Assembly (NCBI RefSeq): GCF_001194135.2
Contig: NC_068982.1
Span: 181,381,346-181,435,905 of the forward strand
Reading direction: 5' to 3'
Length of the DNA stretch: 54,560 bases
Source: Octopus bimaculoides
Taxonomy: Eukaryota
Part shown: in pieces, positions 48,501-54,560 of the stretch
Position numbering within the stretch: the stretch's first letter is position 1
Layout: each line of letters opens with the position of its first letter
The notes under the pieces: model-generated
Told to the model about the DNA's origin: nothing
The model's input: only the letters and a program-made list of their open reading frames with translations
The model's database searches: none
Translations under genes and position numbers: made by a program

Positions 48501-50194
48501 CATGTATATATGTTCACCGATAATAAATATATAAATACTCCGAGTGAAAATATAAAAAATTATTTATCATGTTGACAATATCTCAGTACCAGCGTGGTAG
48601 AGTGCTTTTCCCTATTCTGAACGCACTGATTATACTTTTTGTTTTATCGTTTGTAAATTAATGAGTTCCCACGTGCATGTATCAGATAGTTCCACCACAT
48701 GTGTTCAATATTATCGTTGTAAGATGTGAAGTTGGAATTCGATGCGTTGATACATTATATTTATTCAAATCTATTTCTTCAAATTAAGTTTGTAACGTTG
48801 ATCAATAGAAATATTTTATGTATATTACATTATTTAATACTTTTTACTCTGTTACAGAAAATCAATAAACATCATAATTATAGATGTCGTATCCGTGTAT
48901 GTAAGCTTCGATGTCTACAACAGTTATCGGGTGTTGTTTACCAGCGAGAGAACACAATCTGAGGTCAAAATGTAAAGATAACTAACAATGATTCTCTGAA
49001 CGTCGGACGACCTGTTTGATACTGAGGTTATATGTCGTTACATGTTACAGAGTGGATGACAATTTGGCTAATATTCCCTTTCATACATATTTTCGTATGA
49101 AATAAATATTTAACATCATCCTGTGAGTGTTTTCTTAGGTACACGTAAAGAGTTTCTATTTGGAACAAAACAACAACTAAAAGTGTATGCATTCCAAAAA
49201 AACTATTATACGAAATACACCGATCCATTACGTGTATTTGCTGAAGCTTTGTTTTAGTTAAATATGTTGAAAAGTCTATTGGTAACTTTGTGACGTCATG
49301 ATTTATAAATTTAATACACTTATTCCTGCCATGTCGTAAAATATCTTATTCGATTTGTATAGAAATCAAAATGAAACATACTTGACGTACGGTAAGCTAA
49401 TTTCTATGCTGATATTTAGATTGCGTTATGAGTTATAATTCTGCTATTGAATTCGAGACAGTTCTTCCTTCATTTTATTATATAATATTTATTCTGCTGT
49501 TACTAGAAACTTAAGATGAAATGCTTCAGTTCACGTTAATAAAAGTAGTTTAGATGTTGTTCCAATGCCACATTTTAAATTAGAAATAAACCATCACACA
49601 TTGACGCACACATGTGATCAACTGTAGCATAATGAAATACTAAGGCTAACATTTTCATTAGTCAGGAATAGAAATATTCAGTTATCTTAATACGTCGATT
49701 TCATGAAAGTAATCATCGAATTAATAACCTTATTTCAATAATTTTATATAATGCAGGAACAAGTAAAAAGAAATTGTATTTTTCTGCAGTTGTGAATTAT
49801 ATGAAAGTAAGAAACTTTAACAGATTACATGTATTTTGGTTTTGTTTTTTTCATATTGATTTCATGATCATACTCTTCTTGCAATGAACTATTTTTCCTT
49901 TGAACAAATATTTTGATATCTGGGAAAAATTATATATTTTGCAGATCGGCTTATCACCATCCGTTGTCTAGTTGCAGAGCTCCTCAATCGGAGTTCAGTT
50001 TGTTTGATGATTGCAAAGTAATTCTTTCCACAACGACTTCGTTCTATGAGTTTTAATTTTTAACACATTAATAATCAATCACAGAAAAGACTGCCTGCAA
50101 ACATTATGGGCAGTCTCTTATTTTCGGACTGTATTATTCCGAAAATTAGTATATATATATATATGTATATCTATACATACATACTTTGGTAATT

Positions 50195-50582
50195 CTTTGG
50201 TCACTGCATCAACGTACTAGCTTGGTATTTATCAATGTTGTTATGGTGGTTTGGAAGTAGTTGGGCCCTAGTGTGGCAGGCCTATGATGCACAACATTCT
50301 AACCTTGATAGTACGCATGTTGTTATCTCTTTACAAACCTTTACTTGCTGGGTGAGTTATGGCTGATATGTCTAGCATCTCGAATGACCTCTCCGAATAT
50401 CTAGTGTTCGCTCTTGATTACATCAGCATAATTATTCTACTGATACATAGAATAAGGTCTTTTTCCTCCGCTCTCATCTCCCACTTTCTCTCTCACTGTC
50501 CCTCCTCTTTATCTTAATATATTGCATTTGTACTTTCATTACTGCCCTTCACTCGGTCTGCATCATTGTTATCTATAATACC
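50195..50582 (+). repeat. 388-bp near-identical direct copy of 44747-45134
   Basis: Aligned by eye; two substitutions seen (agctggg/agttggg and cgttctt/cgctctt). Ends at the gap. Confidence 0.95.
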
Positions 50583-50853
50583 NNNNNNNNNNNNNNNNNN
50601 NNNNNNNNNNNNNNNNNNNNNNNNNNNNNNNNNNNNNNNNNNNNNNNNNNNNNNNNNNNNNNNNNNNNNNNNNNNNNNNNNNNNNNNNNNNNNNNNNNNN
50701 NNNNNNNNNNNNNNNNNNNNNNNNNNNNNNNNNNNNNNNNNNNNNNNNNNNNNNNNNNNNNNNNNNNNNNNNNNNNNNNNNNNNNNNNNNNNNNNNNNNN
50801 NNNNNNNNNNNNNNNNNNNNNNNNNNNNNNNNNNNNNNNNNNNNNNNNNNNNN

Positions 50854-50889
50854 AAGTAAAATTAGTCCAATCGTCACATATTTCCTGTC
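50854..50889 (-). repeat. 36-bp exact inverted copy of 34347-34382
   Basis: aagtaaaattagtccaatcgtcacatatttcctgtc is the reverse complement of gacaggaaatatgtgacgattggactaattttactt. Starts at the gap edge. Confidence 0.95.
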
Positions 50890-50894
50890 TAATC

Positions 50895-51201
50895 TTGTAG
50901 TTGTTAATATCATTATAATTACTAGTATTGTTATTACATATATGTAAAAGTTTACTACTACCACCATGACTGCTACTTCTCTTTCGGATACTACTACTGC
51001 ATCTACCGGTAGCACTGCCGCTTCTGCCAACACCACTGTTACTACAACTACCATTCATAACCGACCAGAATGAGCACCCAATCAGAACGACTGACCGTAG
51101 ATAAGAAAAACAAATCAACAGTATAGGAAATATCCCACCATGTATATAAATCGTGATATAAAAACGGAATCAGAAACAGCACATATTTGTCACTCACCAG
51201 G
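50895..51201 (+). repeat. 307-bp near-identical direct copy of 35400-35706
   Basis: Aligned by eye; two substitutions seen (gataac/gataag and aaaat/aaaac). Confidence 0.95.
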
Positions 51202-52799
51202 AACGGGCGTGCAATGTGATGTGAACTATCAAAAGTGTCTGCAAAATTTCTCTCATTAATCTATTCTATCAGGTGCTTTTCTTTACGTTGCTGATTTACA
51301 TCATCTTAACGTATGCACAATTTCCTTCTTATTTTGTGCCTATCAAGAGAATGAAGACCGGCCAATATATTATATCAGTTTGATATAGTTCGTGGCAAAG
51401 ATTTTAATGAAATAAATATAACGTCGAATAATTAAGAAAGCATTTAGTGCAATGTCTACCATACAAGGTATGAGATGGCTGCCAAAGAAATAGATAGGCC
51501 GAGATGATTAGAATAATGCTACAGACTTGGTAAGTTGTGAAGAAGCGAGTGTAAGTGCAATAAAAGAATACAAGAAATGACGGAGTAAGTGGTTTAGACA
51601 TACTGTGTAGAAATTAATGTGAAACGCTTCAAATTTCAGGTAGTCTGAGTGGATACATGGTGCATGCGTATTATATGAGCAATGACAGAAAAAATGAGCA
51701 GTGTTATACCTACATGTATTTCAATGAGGTCCAGAAATGCGAAATGAAATATAAACTATGAATGTATTGAAATATGAACTATAAAGTATCATCATAAGTC
51801 ACAGAGTAAATACACACTAAATTTATTAAGAGGTCGTAATGAAAATTACTGGACAATATTGTTGAGAGATACATTGTTCTATATGTACTTTTATTTCTTA
51901 GCCATAAGTAATATGAATTCATGTAATATGGAGACATTGATGAGCGTGAACAACGTCTTTTTAATTTGTTTATTATGGGTTTCTGAGTAGCAAGTAGGTT
52001 GTGATTAAAAATAGTCATGAAGATAAATGTTACATATCAAATCATGATTGCATTACCCAGTAAATCAAAAATATAGACGAATAGCGATTGGAAGATGTTG
52101 AATAAAATCTACAAATATAATTTTAATCTTCTCCCAAGTCAATTGGTTTTACTTGCATATTCTATTCATCATCATTACTAAACCATGCACTTACCAAATA
52201 GCTGTTGCTTCTTGAATAGCATGTAAGTTATTATCATGAGTTTTCTCTGCACCCACCTCAGTGATTGTAAATACCATTTTACTTTTACTGTAATTTATAT
52301 ACAGGCCGTATATTTAATGATTCACAGTTATTTCCACGAGAATTATCTTCAGGGACCCAACTTGCTTCTAATTGAACAAAAAGAAATTTTACTTATATAT
52401 TTCTTCATAAATTTTTAAGATTCTAAACAGGAATTTGTGATGAATATTTAGGAATGTAGGCTAAATCATCACGCAACATTGAAAAATATGTTAATGTGCG
52501 GAGAATCTATTTCAATATCTGCAGTTAGATAAAGATTATTATTATAATGATTATAATTTCACATTCAATTAAGTATATAATTTCTATACATATGGGATAT
52601 TGGTACTGGAATCTATTCCGCTACAATTAATCATTAATGAATATACTTAATACGTAGCCATTAAATTTCAATCTCCACTGAAGTAAAACTCTGGATTCTG
52701 TTGCTGAATCTTTTATTTCCTTGACGCATCATACCTTCAGTCCTTTATTTCTCATAAGCTATTGGCAAAGAAACATGATTTACTGTTAATTGTTTGCAG

Positions 52800-52827
52800 C
52801 TATGTATCCTTCGTTTCCTTTGTATCG
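52800..52827 (+). CDS. candidate short exon (28 nt), plus strand
   Basis: ttaattgtttgcag| ... TCG|gtaagt, both sites near consensus; another strong acceptor follows at about 53071. Frame undetermined. Confidence 0.18.
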
Positions 52828-54560
52828 GTAAGTATCGTTACCCGGAAACTGACCACTGACTTAATATTGACATACGAAAAATAACATTTTAGTTCTGTTT
52901 AAGTGTATGTCGAGTGCAAGAGTATAATTGTGATTTGATCATTGCTCTTTGTTGTTAGGCTTTACTCTGTCCGTGAGAAATTTCTATAGCTATCCGTTTC
53001 CAAGATGTAACTTCAATTGTTTATTCATGTGAACTAATTTTCTCATTCATTTCCTGACTACGTATTCCATAGAATCGTCGAAAACAGTACTGAGAAGAAG
53101 GCAAAATTACAAAGTACATAGGAAAAATAATGCACGGAATTAAAAGCAGAAAAGGTATTGAAAAAATCGACTGAAACCAATTGAAAAAGAAATTCATAGA
53201 AAATGAACCAGACAAATCAGAAGAACCTACGGAATGGTTGTAAGATACATTCCAGGTCCCAACACCGTTACAGGTGGTTCAACCCACGCGTACAAGTGGA
53301 AGAAAAAACACAAAGCTCATATAAATAGACGCCAAAAAGAAAAAAATATTAATTTGGAAAAAAAACGCTAAAATGAGAGGGGGTTTAATAAAGTAAACAA
53401 AAATGATTTGCTTTCCAAAGAAATAAACAAATTAAAAAGTGAAAATGGTACTCTGACTCCCACGCGAGAAAGCGGTATGGGGAGCCACTATAAGGTCAGT
53501 AGTAGTAGAGTCTTTGTGCGAGTTCTCAGTTGGAGTCAGTGCTAGTTACGTGTTATATACGAGTTCGAGTTACCGTCAAAGTAGACGTTTCAAGTCATTG
53601 TCTTGCTTACCTATCATGGATAGCACTATATACGAGTCAACGTTAATAAGACGCGGAATACCGTCACAGCATAATAGTGCCGACAATAATATTACAGTGC
53701 CGACAATAACATATAAATGGACGCGGATCCACATTATAATGTATATATATGTAGTAACAACCTGAAGTAAAGAAAATCTTCAAAGGGGTGTGTTAAACAT
53801 CGAATTCACTTGTGCGTGTGTTGGCTACCGTATAATATTGATATAATCTAATTATAAGGATAAATTAAATATAGAGATATCCAATTGACAATCCAATAAT
53901 TTATTTATATTATAATATTACATTAAATACTATGAATATAATATATAACATGATATTATATAACATAAATTATCATAAGACCCATTAAAAGGCCAACACA
54001 TTCGTTCGACTTATTTATCTTTTTCTGATATACATAATCACATTCCCATTATATATATAGTCACTTTAGTGTCTTGGCTTTCGAAAAAGACATCAGTGTG
54101 TGTTAAAGGACGGCTTGATTGTAAAAAAAAATTCAGAATACCTTTGTTATAGTAAAACTGATTAATCCTCGTTAGCTAGGTCTATCAAAGAAACTAAATT
54201 TAAAATATCCATTACATCAATGCCCGTATACTCGGCCAATAGCCCCAGCCATAAAGAGAAACATGATCACTGAAAAAGTTTTATATAAAATATGAATATT
54301 ATTACGATGCAATAAGATAATTTTCCAGCGGAATAAATCACCGTAAAGGGAGAGGCAAAGATGTGTGCGGGCGGCGAATATAAAAAAGTTTCCGTCTTAC
54401 CTCTAAGAGGAACAACAGAGAAATGGACAACCTACTACTCGAGTTTCGAACTTTTCAGAATAAGTTTGTTATCGTAAAAATGATTGGTCATCATCAATTA
54501 GGTCTACCAAAGAGATTGAATTTAAAATAGTCCCTACATATATATATGTATATATATATA

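Larger units (their letters stand above)
2872..50853. other. 15 assembly gaps (N-runs) scattered across this span
   Basis: Approximate gaps: 2872-3714, 4336-4938, 5344-5353, 7173-7384, 10903-11821, 13808-14034, 16586-16595, 17222-17231, 19284-19505, 22542-22712, 37274-37897, 39910-40112, 41348-41676, 47024-47084, 50583-50853. Most are flanked by (AT)n, (CA)n or (CT)n. Confidence 0.95.

Overview
AT-rich, microsatellite-dense eukaryotic genomic DNA with 15 N-gaps. It is most likely an octopus (coleoid cephalopod) draft assembly, inferred from SINE and transposon families I recognise, not from a database search. No gene in the ORF track is convincing: the long ORFs are N-runs or simple repeats. 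The supportable content is mostly mobile DNA: an intact-frame L1/Tx1 LINE C-terminal fragment at the left edge, a mariner 5' remnant, a DD37D/maT-like transposase remnant, a decayed RTE endonuclease, three or four Penelope-like (PLE) remnants, many tRNA-derived SINEs of two families, and foldback/MITE-like inverted repeats. The standout is a head-to-tail array of about 1.8 copies of a 526-bp unit (17755-18714). Each copy carries a type I hammerhead ribozyme on the minus strand, one with an intact core and one degenerate, plus several hairpins, which is the architecture of a non-LTR retrozyme or PLE-derived circular-RNA element. Two further decayed minimal hammerheads sit just 3' of PLE remnants. 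A mosaic of three near-identical locally templated fragments lies at 50195-51201. Candidate spliced exons on both strands are reported at low confidence.
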